Position numbers and translations under genes: made by a program. Shown here one piece after another: positions 26,179-40,100 of a stretch of DNA of 64,000 nucleotides. Numbering within the stretch: the stretch's first letter is position 1; each line of letters starts with the position of its first letter. The notes under the pieces were generated by a model. That model did not search any database. It was given only the letters and a program-made list of their open reading frames with translations, and was not told the origin of the DNA. This DNA is from Balanoglossus misakiensis (taxonomy: Eukaryota; Animalia; Hemichordata). The DNA lies in contig CM082578.2 in the NCBI GenBank assembly GCA_040954595.2, forward strand, positions 2,586,831 through 2,650,830, written 5' to 3'.

Positions 26179-29100
26179 ATGAGTTTGACATTTTGGTCTT
26201 TCGGCGAAGATGCAGGAAGAGTTTCCGTCAACATTGTGTGCACCAAAGATCAAATCAAAAAATGTCCTTTTGGAAGCGTGATCGCATTGTCAGCTTCCAC
26301 TGAAGATGAAGCAGTTGTGAAGGTGAGCGAATAATAAGGTTGATTTTATTTCATATGTTTGTCACTAGATTTTAACAGTAATGTTTTTTATTTCATATTT
26401 TGCAAACGTTAGTACAGCAGTATTTCTCAAATTTTGAAATTTCCTGTCAAGAAATCTAAAAAATAATTCAATGTCATAAAATGGGATTATGGCGCCAAAA
26501 AATCAAAGGTGTTGGCATCCATACTGTAACTTGTGTAATAAGGCCTGATGCAATCAAGTTGTGAAATCAAGTGTGAGTTTATGGTTGATTTTATTTCACT
26601 CACAGGTTTTCATTTTTAGTGTTTATTTTTATCAAAAAAATGCGAGGTTCGATAGAAAATTATTTTCACAGCTTTAAAAATTTCAAGTAACGAAAATCAG
26701 CTACATCAATTTAAAATTGAGAATTCTGAGAGGATTGGAACAAAGAATATATATAGAAAGTTAGCAATCGGCATACATGTATGACAGAATGCACATGCAC
26801 GTGTCGCACCCAAAATTAAACGTCCATCGCATGTACTTAGCACTGACCCGTTAAATAGATTTGCGCGTCGCCATTAAACTATCAGTCAAAGAAATCATTG
26901 GTCTTGTGGTTACTTATAAGTATTGAGGTTTAGTTACACGTTAAAACGTTCATGATTACGTATAACATTTTGTTCAGATTTTCACGATATTTTCTCGTAC
27001 TTTTGGCGATCGATCTATGAAATGGCCATTGTGACATAAGTGCCTTTCTCACGTGCCGTCAACGCCGCCCCAGCGGCGGTGCTAGGGCGGCGTTAATTTG
27101 TAAGTGCCACGTGTGAAAAGGTGAGAGCGGCCCTGCGCCGCTCTTTTTTTGTGACGGTGTTGAGGGGTGGGACCTGGGTCGGGGCGCCGCACTAAACAGC
27201 GATTCAAATCACGTGTGAACAGAAACACCGCACTAAACGCCGATCTAAACGCACTCTGCCGACGCGGTTTGAGGGGATACAAGTGGCAGTTTCTAATGAG
27301 CTTGCATGTAAAATTACCCCTCTGAAAAGAGCGATGTTTAGCACCTTGCTTAGTCAACGGTCAATTTGCCTTGTTGCTGATGGTCATCAGTAAAATGAGG
27401 AGCCCCAAAACCTACAGGCAAAGCCTTGAGGTAGTCGGAACTTACTGCAGCTGGGGCTCTGCTGAAAAAATTGAGACGCCCAGTGGAAGTGGTAGTGAAA
27501 CTTGTAGCAAAGTTCATGGTGATAATTGCTAGGCAACTAGGTCTTGCCATTGTCTGGCTAAAAATACATCCCTGTGCGTGAATAAATTAAAAACGTCTTT
27601 GTCCCAAGGGACCAACTCAAAGCGTTCCCACATCCCGGTATGCTTTTACTACTAGCATGGAGTCATGCTACTAGTATATTACGCACTGGTTTCAAAGCTG
27701 TAAGACTCACAGGCGGTACTGTAGAAGCGCTTATACTTATAGGATGACTGTACAAAAACTGGAAAAGTGTGGATTTTCTCGGATCTTCCATTTATTTGAT
27801 GTGGAACAACAAATGGGACAAGTGGCGAAATGTGTCCTTGATTTTCAATCGCACCATGAAGCCTATTTGAACCTAATTTGCATAAATGTCCGAGGGGGTC
27901 GTTCTGGCACTTTGACTCATTTTTACCCCCATTGTTTCATCTTTTTGTAAAGAATAATTATTTTTTCCTGGTCGAACCGAAGGATAGATTACGGTATACG
28001 CTGCTTGGGTATAAGTTCAGAGCTACATATACAGTAAACACATCACTGAATCCGCCATTGTGACCTTTAGCCACTCTGCTGTGGACGCATTGAGTGCGGT
28101 GATCCCGTCCCTTTTATACACATGTGAATGCAAAACTATTTGAGTCGCTGATAAGAAATGTTTGCCAACTTTTATAATCCCGAAAAGGGCGCCCTAATCA
28201 TTGCACGTGAGAAAGCCCTTATAGTCAGGCTCCATGTTAATTGAATAATATCTGCCGTATGTGCCAAAACTAGCAGTATTCACGGTAGTCGAGCAACTTA
28301 TGACACTGATGGTAATCTTAGAGAATGTTCATCACAGACACACAAAGAAATTAATTTAAGTGAAAATTATTTTAATTGCTCGTTGTTTTTAAACATTTTT
28401 ATTCAAAACGCACAACTAAACCGCGAAATTCATGCGTACGTATCTCTTCTATGACGTTCGATCAGTACGCGCAGTGTCTTTGTCACGTGATAACTTCGCG
28501 TACGTGAGATCGAGAGCAGACGTTTGGAACGGCAAGCGACACTTCTACGCGTAACCATGATTATTGTGTATTTTTCGGCTTTTCTCTATATTTTCTTTAA
28601 TTTGGGCGATCGATCTCTGAAAGTGCAATTGTGCCGTAGCCAGCATACATGTAGTATCTGGGGCGCCTTGTCAAGGTTGGTCGGTCGGGCGCCCTGTACA
28701 CATGTACGCGTACGCACGCTTGTATGCTGTAGCAGGACGCACAGTGATGTACGTGCGGTAACCTAGGCCACAAACTTGGCACGTGTCGGCCCTATAATTT
28801 ATGCACGCAGAAGCCATTAGTAGGGCTTCCGGGTCATTTTCCTTGATGATATAACACACGAATTCGCTACCTTGTCTGTACTAATGCGTATTGGGGGGGG
28901 GGACCACTTGCAACACGATCTCTTTCATGATGTTTATGTACTTTATTCGCTACGTTGTAAATGATTTTTTTTGTGTTGCACTGCACGTAAAAAATAAAAT
29001 ATCAAACGCAAGGGCCAAGCCCTGTGTTATCTGAATAATTTCAGCCGTATGTTCCAAAACTGGCAGTATTTGCTGTTTTCCAAACATTTACACATTTAAT

Positions 29101-32100
29101 TGCAAAATTCACGCATCACTACGCGTACGCGTACGCCACTTGCTGACCAGACGTACGCGTAATTATGTGTAACTAAACTTCTGTATTACGTGGAACCAAA
29201 CCTCCCGGCCTATTTTGAAAATTGTAAAACCTCTCTGATCTCTCAATTTTCAATCGATTTGGACGGTTTTGGTAGATTATAATTTATACAAGTCATTGAC
29301 AAGAATATAGATAGGCATGCTTTTCTAACTTCATGTATTAGATATCGCCATGAATCCCTACAAAATTTCACAAAATGACGAAGTGCATATATGTCATATC
29401 AAAAACTGTTTCTACCTGGACAGATAAACTAATCAACTAAGCAATTTTGAAAATGTCTGTGTACGAAAAACCTGCATTGTCTGGTCCTTCAATGTGTCTG
29501 TCGAACAAAATCAACTAAATGTTGCACTTTTATTGATTTTACAAATTATCCTTAGCAAATGTTTTGATGTCACTAGTTTTTGTTTTTCTTAACTATATTA
29601 TATAAAGACATCTGATAGAAGAGCACTTACCTGGCCTGGATGAAATGCACATATTCTTGACAATTAATATAATGCTATATTTGTCTACTATTCACAGATA
29701 ACATTCTCCTCATCCAAAGTGCTTGAATATAACATCATGGAGTACCATGAAGGGGATGGGGAGAACCCTTTCAATGAATTGGCATTTATCGATAATGCCA
29801 CTTTGTTTGTGGACAGATACAATGCCATAGTAACCTCCATGGATAAGTCTGTAGACTTGTTTTCCGACAGCGAGGATTCCATGGAGGTTGATGAGATTGC
29901 TCCTGTGCCATGTGGAAGGTAAATATTTTCTGAAGACAGTGTTTCTTGATGTCAAATTTACAACAAAGAGTGTACTCTGCAGAGAAGTTTAATTGTGGTG
30001 GAAGACAATGTGAAAACTAAAGTGAAACAAATGAATTACATAATGGTCAGTTGCAGCATAATGTTATTCCTGTTGCACAAATCAGTTCCACTAGACAAAT
30101 TCAATTTCTGGTTCAATTAGAGCTGTGCATCATTTTGCATTTCCTTTTTAGGGGACCAAGCGCCTGAGGGCGCTTGGTCCCCTTCTGTTATTGCTGGAGT
30201 TTTTCTTCTTTCTTCTTGAGTCGTTTTTTTGCTCCCGTTTTTCTCAAAATCGACGTGGCCTAAGACCTTGAAATTTGGCACGGTGATTGGGGCCCATGAG
30301 TACTGGTGCACCTGCCCTTTGAATTTGTAATTAGTCACGTGACTTGGTGGCTATAATCGAGCGAAATTTTCAAATTGACCTAATTTGCACGTTAATGGGG
30401 GCATGTACATTCTTTTCGCGATTTTTGTAGACCATGTGGCCAAAATCGCCTGTGCCAAATTTCAAGGTCCTAGGCCAAGTCGATTTTGAGAAGAAGATTT
30501 TTGTAATATTTTTCGCATTTTTTGGTGGGCTGAGGACGGACACTGGGGCATCCGACTTTGACCATCATTACGTAATGTTGTGGAGATCCCATTAGTAGGC
30601 TACTCACTTCTGGCGGGTTGCAGTAGTCCATGGAAAATCGGCTGAAATACGTAAACTGACCAGTGATTATTTTCCACGGAATGAATTTTGGGACAACACA
30701 TTATCGGAGTTCAGGCTGTGTTAGGGCGTTTTATTGAATTATGCTGAGTTTGTTAGCTGTTGCCGTTCAAATCTTTCTATCCAGACCCGGCTACACTGGT
30801 TAACATTCAATGTAATGCGGCGGCGGACTTTGACCCTCAATCGCTAATGTGGCCGAAATACATCAGCAGACCAGTGATTTTCTTGCACGAAGGGAGTATG
30901 GTACCAGCAATAATCAGAGATCAGGCTTCGTTGCCGTTCAAAAGTTCCTACTTCAGTCATGACGTTGCAACTGGACGTTCAGTATGGGGTTCGGCCCACA
31001 GGTGGCTGTGGGGGTTATCAGGTCACCCGTAATGGCACGCAGCTTCATGCAGATGTATGGGACCAAAATACTAGTAAGACGCCCGATTCGGGGGTCACCT
31101 GTGACACATGTGTATCTCAATTATGTGCATGCGTAATTGTGGAGTCAATGAAAGGGATGCTAGCGTGGTATTTGTTGCACATGGATCAATTTGAAGTCCG
31201 ATTTTCCTGTCAAGTTATGGGCGACATTATGTGACATTTCACCTACTTTTGCTTAGTGAGCATCCACAGCAGATGCATGCAGCTTTGGCGTTGGGGGTGG
31301 GGGGGGGGGGGCATATACGGATGGGACCATAATGATATACCAAAGGCGGGGTCCCCTGTTGCACCTGCCTAAGTCATTGATTTTGTACATTTAATTGGAC
31401 ACTAACCAACAGGGCGATAGGTGTGGTTTTTGTTCCAGAGGGACGAATGTAAGTGTCAGTTTGTTTTTGCCCAAATGTATAAGTTGATTTGGATGACCTT
31501 TGTCGTACAGTGCCATATCTCAGCCCGTTGTACAGGTGCAGCTTTGGTATTTGGAGGGATGAAACTATCATGAAATATCAAATACAGGGGGATACCTGCA
31601 ACACCTGCTTGATTCATGTATTACGTGCATACCTAATGGTAGGCAAAGTGAAAGGGCTGCAAATGTAGGATTTGTTGCACATGACATAAACAGGAATGAA
31701 CATTTTTTGTCAAATTTTTGGGTGACCTCAGGTTTCCATTGACCTGCTTTCTATATGTTAGCACGCACATCATATATAGCCAGGTGTTTGGAGGGGTAGG
31801 GTAGGACCCTCTGCGTCATGGGGGCCACCTGTAACTTATTCGCGTAACTCATTATCATGGCCATATCTAATTTGACAAACCCAAACAGCGAGGATTTTCC
31901 GTTGTCTTGAATATGAACCAAATAAGAATCCTAATTTTTGGCCCAATTTTTGGGTACCCTCAGCTGACCTTTGAAGTATACTTACTGAAGTACTTACAAC
32001 GTAGAAGTTCACCTTTGATTGTTGTGTTTGTACTTGTAAGACATCCATTTCGGGTGGTTGCCTACTTCCCCATATCTCTACATCCAGAGCAAATACAGCC

Positions 32101-34274
32101 TACGCATTTGAATGGTACAACCCTGAATGGAGTCTAATGGTTATTAACTCTATGATTGGGCCCCTTCAATGCTGCTTGCAGCTTTAATTATTATTTTAAT
32201 TTGAAACAAGACATGTACTTGTGCTTATCACTTTAATGGGTATTTGTCATTGTTCATGTGTGGATAATGGATCAGTATATGTTGGATACATTTATAAATA
32301 ATTACATAGTTGCAACTGAAATTGTTATTGAGACTATCCTTAAGACCATACCAACAAAGTATACATATTAAGTCTTAAGGAGGGTCAAAAACAGTTTCAT
32401 ATAGCAACTAATGTGCTGATTCTCTGACTACAAGAGTACAATAATAGGATACTATGTATATTTAATAAGCACAATAACATTCATATAATACAGTTTGTAT
32501 TTCAAACTAAAATCATCAAAATTGCCCACGGATGAAAAGCTTATGCTTGTAAGAATATAATTATATTTGTCATGATATCACATACTGCACCTTTAACAAG
32601 TGATTCACCTTTTTTTAGCTCAACACCTGTCACCATGGATTGGGAGGAAGAGGAAGACTTGGGGAGGTTTTGGGAAATTGTGCAAATTTTCCGGAAATCG
32701 ATTCTGGAAAAATATGGCAACCACGATCCCCCAAAGAAGGATAGGACATGGTCCGAGGATGCCAGACGAATTATTCAAGACTTCCCAGAGAACAAAAACA
32801 AACTGTATAAATCAAAAAAGGTAAGCATGAAGCATTCTTCTCTCACATACATGTAGGTATGGTTCTCTGTGTCAGTACACTGTGCCATAGTGAGGACTGA
32901 ACCATCATAGCTTTGTATAGCAAACTCTTGCCAGGCAATGAGGTTGTGAGAGAATCTAAGATTTTATTTTGGGGGAAGGTAAGACAACTTTGCTGGCCCA
33001 CCCCTGGTTATAATAACCGTACACTCCCTAACTTTGATGCATGGTTGAAGTTGTAAAGTGAGCTTCAACAATGTATACTGATTTTCAATGTTATGGACAG
33101 CGTGTTCAACTTTTTAAATGCTATCTGATAAAATTTTAACAGAGTTCCCTTTCACGTTCCTTTTGCAGGAAAAAGCATGTGGTATACCAAATGAAAATTA
33201 TTACACCCATATGACAGTGGCCTTGTTTTCTAACCAGTTATTTTCGTTATCTAAAAGGATGGTTAAGTTGTACAATGAGGGTGTACTGAAGGGACTCAGA
33301 AATGCATCAAACATTTGTAAACAAACAATGTTTCAAAATGCCAAGTATGTCCCTGAAGGCACCCTCATTGGTTTTTTGAACCAACTTATAGATCAGAAAA
33401 TAACTGTGCAACAGTTTAAAGAACTGTGTAAAGAAAACAAAACTCAGGTAAGTTTCTTTCAAATTTACTTATATTCATCAGAAGATTATTTATTGGTAAT
33501 CATGTCCTTTGGGAGCCAATTATCTATAGATGTGTAAAGGCCATGAAGAATCTTCTCTATAATACCATATGACTAATGTAGTAATGGTTATTGGAAGCAA
33601 CTGTTGCCAACTATGTGAGTGAGTGCTGCCAGTGTCATGAACAATCTAATCAACCATCTAGTTTTCTTGAGAAAACACTGATATGACCAAGAAATATCCC
33701 TTATGATTGGCATCTTTCTAAAAAGCCTATGTGACATCATCACATCCTTCTCCCATACTTACCATCCTACATGTACGTACTTCCAGAGACTTTCTCTCTT
33801 GTGCTCTACTGTACTTGTCACTAGATTATGAGAAATCCAGCTAACTCACAATTCTTTTGAAAACAGGGTACCATATCAACACATACATGTTTATGTGGAC
33901 CTCATACGGTTGTTTTGGGCTAATGTTGTTTATTTTTATAATTTTTCTTGTCATTTTCCTAATTTGTCACAAAGCTTCTTCTCTGAAATCGTTTACCAAT
34001 GGTGCATGCAGTAAAATGTTGGATGGTGATCCCCATTTGTACATCTCACTGAGCTATGTTGAAAGTCCAGTATGACATAAAACATAACCACCATTTGAAC
34101 ATTTTGCTCAACTTAAAGCTGGAAAAAGGCGAACATGTATCCAACTTGTATTTCTCTATATTATTTCTGCCATGCAAGACTCAACCTTCCAGTAACCTGA
34201 GAGCACAGGTGCAGGAGAAAGAAGACGAAATCAATGTTTTGAAAGAAACCATCAAAAATAATGATGCAGAGAAG
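26179..34274 (+). CDS. Five-exon gene of unknown function carried by the long-TIR element (314 codons, 3' end missing)
   Basis: Exons 26179-26322, 29698-29918, 32619-32820, 33169-33447, 34179-34274. All introns are GT-AG with matching phases (0,2,0,0) and there is no stop in 942 nt. The ATG is in CCAACCATGA context. Confidence 0.72.
27040..28218. mobile_element. PIF/Harbinger-like non-autonomous element
   Basis: Imperfect TIR G(T)GCCTTTCTCACGTGC / GCACGTGAGAAAGCCC, flanked by TAA and TTA. Confidence 0.5.
28655..29024. repeat. Second copy of the 441-955 MITE family
   Basis: Near-identical stretch (TCAAGGTTGGTCGG...GCAGAAGCCATTAG) and the same right end (AATATCAAACGCAAG...CCCTG). Left end not resolved. 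Confidence 0.75.
30149..32188 (+). mobile_element. Helentron/Helitron2-type non-autonomous element (HINE-like), family A copy 1
   Basis: 5' hairpin GGGGACCAAGCGCC-TGAG-GGCGCTTGGTCCCC. 3' sub-TIR TTGGGCCCC followed by stem-loop GCTGC-TT-GCAGC. T-rich target and no TSD. Confidence 0.8.
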
Positions 34275-34479
34275 GTGAGTGTGCAAATTATTGTTGGCGT
34301 CTTTGTCATGTTTATGCAAAATTGTATTTATCTAGTATTCAGAAACAGACCACTACTAGAGGGAAGCATTCATGACACACACTGCCTGATTTGAAAACTG
34401 TAATTAATTAGTTGCAAACATTTTTTTCTCTAGAAAATGTTTAAAATGATAAATTTGTCTTAAGTAGGTCTTTTTAGGC

Positions 34480-35350
34480 AATAAATTGCCAAAAACGCAA
34501 TTTTGACTAGAATGGGGTCAATCAGATTTTTTTTTTACATAGAATGGACTTTTCATATATAATCAGATCTCTGAATATGAAGAAAACAGTTTGTTTTTAG
34601 TTTTTTTTGTAAAAATGACCTTTTTGACCTCAAAAATGTGGCCAAAAATGGCATTTTTGAATTGATTGGGGTCAAAAAGACTGCTTTATGTTTTATAGTC
34701 ACCACTTTACACATAGAATTGACTTTCCATATATCATCAAATCAATCAATATGAAGAGTAGAGTGTGTTTTAAGTTTTGTCTAAAAATGACGTTTTTGGG
34801 CAAAAAATGGTCAAAAAGGTAATTCTGTCTCGTTTGGGGTCAGCCAGACTGCTTTTTTGGTAATATCAACCAAATTTTACATAGAACAGGCATATCATAT
34901 GTCATCAGATCTTCGAATGTGACGAAAACAGTGTGTTTTTAGTGTTTTCTAAAAATGACCTTTTTGGGTTAAAAAGTGCCAAAATGGCAATTTTTTCTTG
35001 GGTGGGGTCAGTCAGACTGCTTTTTTCGTAATATCAACCAAATTTTACATAGAATAGGCATATCATATGTCATCAGATCTTCCAATGTGACGAAAACAGT
35101 GTGTTTTTAGTGTTTTCTAAAAATGACCTTTTTTGGGTTAAAAAGTGCCAAAATGGCAATTTTTTCTTGGGTGGGGTCAGTCAGACTGCTTTTTTCGTAA
35201 TATCAACCAAATTTTACATAGAATAGGCATATCATATGTCATCAGATCTTCGAATGTGACGAAAACAGTGTGTTTTTAGTGTTTTCTAAAAATGACCTTT
35301 TTTGGGTTAAAAAGTGCCAAAATGGCAATTTTTTCTTGGGTGGGGTCAAT
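34480..35350. repeat. About 169-bp subterminal tandem repeats of the long-TIR element
   Basis: GGTGGGGTCA recurs at 35001, 35170 and 35339, with more diverged copies back to about 34500. Confidence 0.85.
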
Positions 35351-37160
35351 AAGACTGACTTTTTTGGAATCAGCACCATTTTTTAAATAGAATGGACTTC
35401 ACAAACCTTCCTTACCAATTTTTTTATTTAAAAGCACCTATCTCCTAGGGTAATAACTTGTCATCATAGTCACTAATTGGTAAGGGTACTTGGAAGTATG
35501 ACGTAATGATGACGTAATTGATTATTATATCAATTTTTTGCAATAATTAGATACTTTACTCAATCAGCTTTCTGTTGATACCAAACATATCACAGTTTTC
35601 ATCAGTTTTCATCAGTACAATTGCACAGAGACATGTTTTGCAAAACCGCACATTTATAGGTGAACAGAACACCATTTTCGTAAGGGTATTTTGACTTATG
35701 ACGTCACTATGAAGTCATGATTTGTCATATCACTTTTATTTTGTAATTAATGGAAAGCTTGTTTATTAAGCTTTCTTTTGATACCAAATACTTCCCTGTT
35801 GTTCGAGGTATACGTTCAGTGAGACAGCATTTTACAAGACTAATTTACCCCCTACGTCAATTTATATGCACTTTTAGGCTTTTCTACATACGTTACCCAA
35901 TATAATTTAGAAGCCAATAACTCGAAAACGCCCCGGTGCCCAAACCCCTACTGGCTCATGGTCTATGGCTCCAGCCAATCAGAGAGCTGGATTCATATCA
36001 AACATATTGTAATTAGGGTTTCGAGACCCTCTGGTCTCGAAACCCTCTTGAAATCGTGTTGTTTTTTATTATTATTCTTCTTCCCACTCTTAAAAACAGC
36101 CGCTATTCGAAGACCGTTGCACCCAATGACTTGAAATTTGGCTCATAGGTAAATCTCAAAGCAAGTAATTTTCTGATCATGTAACTATGGCAACAGGTCA
36201 CATGACCTGGCAGCCATCTTGGATTGAAAGTTTAAAATTGATCTCATTTGCATAAAAAATGACGAATCAAAATTCTTTGAACAAACTTTGTGGACCATAT
36301 GGCCAGGGTCCTATATGCAAAATTTCAATGTTCAAGTCTTTGCCGATTTTGAGGAGATGATTTTTAAAGCATTATTTTTCATATTTTTCAAGACCATTGG
36401 ACCCAGCCTTAGGCCTATACTTTCCATAGTTAAGCTATGGCCACCTAGGATCTTAGATTTATGCCCAATATCTCAACATCCGCTGGGCTGATCAGCTTCA
36501 AATTTATTGTGCAGCTAGCCTACCTTCCAACAATCAGTTCCAACTGGAAAAAATAATATGAAAAATCGACCGATTTTTTTATATTAATTTTTTTATGAAA
36601 TCTATACCTATACGTATTCCACTATAGTTAAGCTATGGCCAAGTCGTTTTGTAGAATTCTGGTTGGTGCAATAGTCCTATCGGCCAGTGTGCAGCATAGG
36701 ACCACAAAAAGAAGCCAAATTAATTCAAGGGTCACCTGTGACACCTGCCTAACTCATTAATTATGTGCATACCTAATTCGAGGCAAACCAATAGGGCTAC
36801 AGGTCTGATTTTTGTTAGACATGGACCAGTATGGGGTCAAATTATCCCCCGAAATTTGGGGTGACCTTGAGTGACCTTTGACCTTCTTCCGCATATCTCG
36901 GCATCCAGAGCAGGTACAGCTTAGGTGTTTGGGTGGATGGTACCAAAATAAGAAGCCAAATTCAAGGGTCACCTGTGACACCTGCCTAACTCATTAATTA
37001 TGTGCATACCTAATTCCAGGCAAACCAATAGGGCTACAGGTCTGATTTTTGTTGGACATGAACCAGTATGGGGTCAAATTATCCCCCAAAATTTGGGGTG
37101 ACCTTGGGTGACCTTTGACCTACTTCCTCATATCTCGGCATTTACAGCAGGTACAGCTTA

Positions 37161-40100
37161 TAGTCAGGTGGAGATTTGAGAAATTGTGACCCCCTCTGGC
37201 ATTTTTTGGTACAAGCAAACCAAATATGTTTTTTGGTCAATTCGACTACGCTGATTTCGAAAATGCCTGTTCCCAAAAGATCTTTTTGAGATAAGAGCCT
37301 CGTTTTGGCAAATCAAATATGGCCGCCAAGGATCGCAATTCTCACATGAATAGCATCAAAGAAATGTTCACGTACCTCCTTAAACAATGAAAATAAACTA
37401 CATGTTTACATCAACAACTTTTTCGGTTGTATAAACACAAAATAGCAATAATAAAACAATAATTATGCACAAATTTGCATATTGTATGAATAATTCGTTG
37501 ATTTTTGGCTACCAAATAATAATAAAGCTAGGTGTAACAGTACATGTACTGAAAACTCACAACCATTGGAAAAAATTACCTTTTCTTTATTTTAATAAAG
37601 GACTTAAACCTTGTTCAAAACAATACTTCAAGTGTGAAGTTCATTTTGAGATAAGAGCCTCGATGTGGCAATTCAATATGGCCGTCTAAAGCCCTGTAGT
37701 GGAGCGGCCAAACCCTAATTTTCATAGCGATTGTGCATTTTGTGATAAAAGCACCAAACTTGGCTCAGATGTGTGTTAATGTGTACTAAACAAATTCAGA
37801 TAGCGAGCCACTAAATATCTGTTGATGAGTTTCCATGGCAACCAATTTTTCAAAATGGCCACCAATACAGATAATTTCACCCACCAAATAACATCTGTGA
37901 ACACCAAAATAAATTTAGATTTCTATATTTGATACAAGGAACTGTGGAAACAATGATTTTCAAAGATATTATGGTTACTAAACTACTTATAGGGGTAAGT
38001 AAGTTATTAAAACACAATTTAACGGCGCAACTTTTAATCCCTTTGTTCTCGGATTAATAGGTGCTCCTCTAGAAATCAAACCATACTGTCTATGGTCAAA
38101 CATTAGGCTAATTGCGATATTTAACTTGCAGTACGTAAATTACACATATGAATCACAACAGTTTACCACCTTAGCTAATGATAATCATATAAACAGATCA
38201 CCGATATATCAGATTTGCACACGGATGTGGGCTTGGCTTACTCGTGACTGGTAAAATTTCCTTATCAACTTGATAGGAGAGTCTACTGCCCGAAATAGAC
38301 GTTGATCCAAACTGAGTCCGCGGTCGTCACGTTTATTGGTCGTCAGACATACACATAGGGCCTCAAACGCAATGCAATCTAAATGGACCCCGGGTAACGA
38401 ACCATGCGAAAATGTCGGCTTTGTTTCGACCACAATCGCGACCGCAGCGTTGACAACGTTTTTTCGGGGCGTTGATGTTTGTCAAAATGCCATAGGAAAT
38501 TTAAGAAACTTAAGTCGAATTGCTGAAACGTTAATAATCGACCATATGTCTTGATACTTTAGATCATGTATCAGTTCCACTCCAGCAATTTTGTCGACTG
38601 TTAACAGAGTTGACCAAAAAATAAATGGTGTCTATGATTCCAAACTCATAATAATTACAGCGGAGGACACAACATTATTTTATTTGTCGAGAATAGTGTC
38701 CATCATGCCATAAATATTGTCAAAAATATGTGTTAATTATAGAAACCCAACTAAATATACAAGCAGTTGGCCTTTAGATTGGTAAATGGAAAAAACAGGT
38801 GTTATTGCAATTTTCTGGGATTAGGTGGCCCAATGCTCCCAACAAGTCACTTGGAATGTACTACCATTCTAATATCTCAATGTGTAATCTGACTTTGCAA
38901 GAGATATTACGGAAAACTTCATTTCATTTAATAGCATGAAGTAAGCGAAATCTTACTCTTTACAGAAAAGCTGTGATCCTGAAGACTTTTGGTGTTTTGA
39001 AGCTTATTTTCACTTTATCATTTTATTCTTTGATTTTGGGGGTTCAAAAATACACAAAATAACATGTCAAAATAGAACTGCTGACTATCATCAAGGTGCG
39101 ATTAAAATTATCGATAACTTGAGCAATACAAAGCACTTCAAGCGACTTCATCAAAACGCTTTCCGAAGGACAAGTATTGGATGAAAAGTTTGAAACAGAT
39201 TTTGATTTGGATTCCTAACATCTATCTATGTACATGCAACCTAGACATAGTTAGTTTCTATAGTAACTTTAACAAACCAATCGACTGTCATGATACTGGA
39301 TTTCTGCCACCATTTTATGGGGAAGTGATTCTTTATTTGCATAAATCATTTGATGAAGATAAAATAGAAAAGCTAGATTCTGCACTGATTCAAACTGGTC
39401 AGATCAATTTATAAGGTTGAGAAACAAGATGCCGTTTTTCCTGGGTTGACTAAATTTGGAATTTTGTTCATCAAAGATATTTTTATGGGGAAAAGAACGA
39501 ATCAACTGAGCTTTCCTTGTTAAACTTTTATCACAAAATGCCCAAATGTTATGAAAATGTTGTTTATGCCAGGCCACTATTATAATATATCTATGGTTAT
39601 ACAGTGTTTTAACTAAGTTTGTTGTAACCGGGGTTATTACCAAACTTGAATTTCTTTAGCGACTGAATCTCGATCCTGTATTTACCCCTATAACTAGTTT
39701 AGTGATGATAAATATTTTGAAAATTACTCTTTGAGCAGTTTCTTGTTTCAAATATTGTAATATGAATTTATTTTGGTGTTTTATAATTGGTATTTTGTGG
39801 GTGAGATTATCTGTATTGGCGGCCATTTTGAAAAAATTGCCATGGAAACTCATCAACAGATATTGTGGCTCGCTATCTGAATTTGTTTAGTACACATTAA
39901 CGCACATCTGAGCCAAGTACGACACCCAAGTGGATTAAACATACATGTATATATGTTGCCTCACTGACACAATCTTCACTTTGCACACAGTATCATATAT
40001 AAAACCGTAATAAAAATACACATTACTCTTTACTTATGAAGAGAAATTGTTGTTAGAGACCGGGTTTCAAAAAAACACCGAGGACGTCGGGCCATCAGTG

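Larger units (their letters stand above)
24989..35965. mobile_element. 11-kb long-TIR DNA element with TAG...CTA ends (Academ-like), no transposase visible
   Basis: TAGACCATGAGCCAGTAGGGGTTT at the left end and its reverse complement at the right end. Inverted identity extends about 750-830 bp (24989-~25822 vs ~35208-35965). The left arm has about 85 extra bases. Confidence 0.88.

Noticed and set aside
29625-29636. ACTTACCTGGC resembling the U1 snRNA 5' end
   Set aside because: Only about 11 nt match, with no U1 body or Sm site. It is equally an antisense splice-donor-like string.
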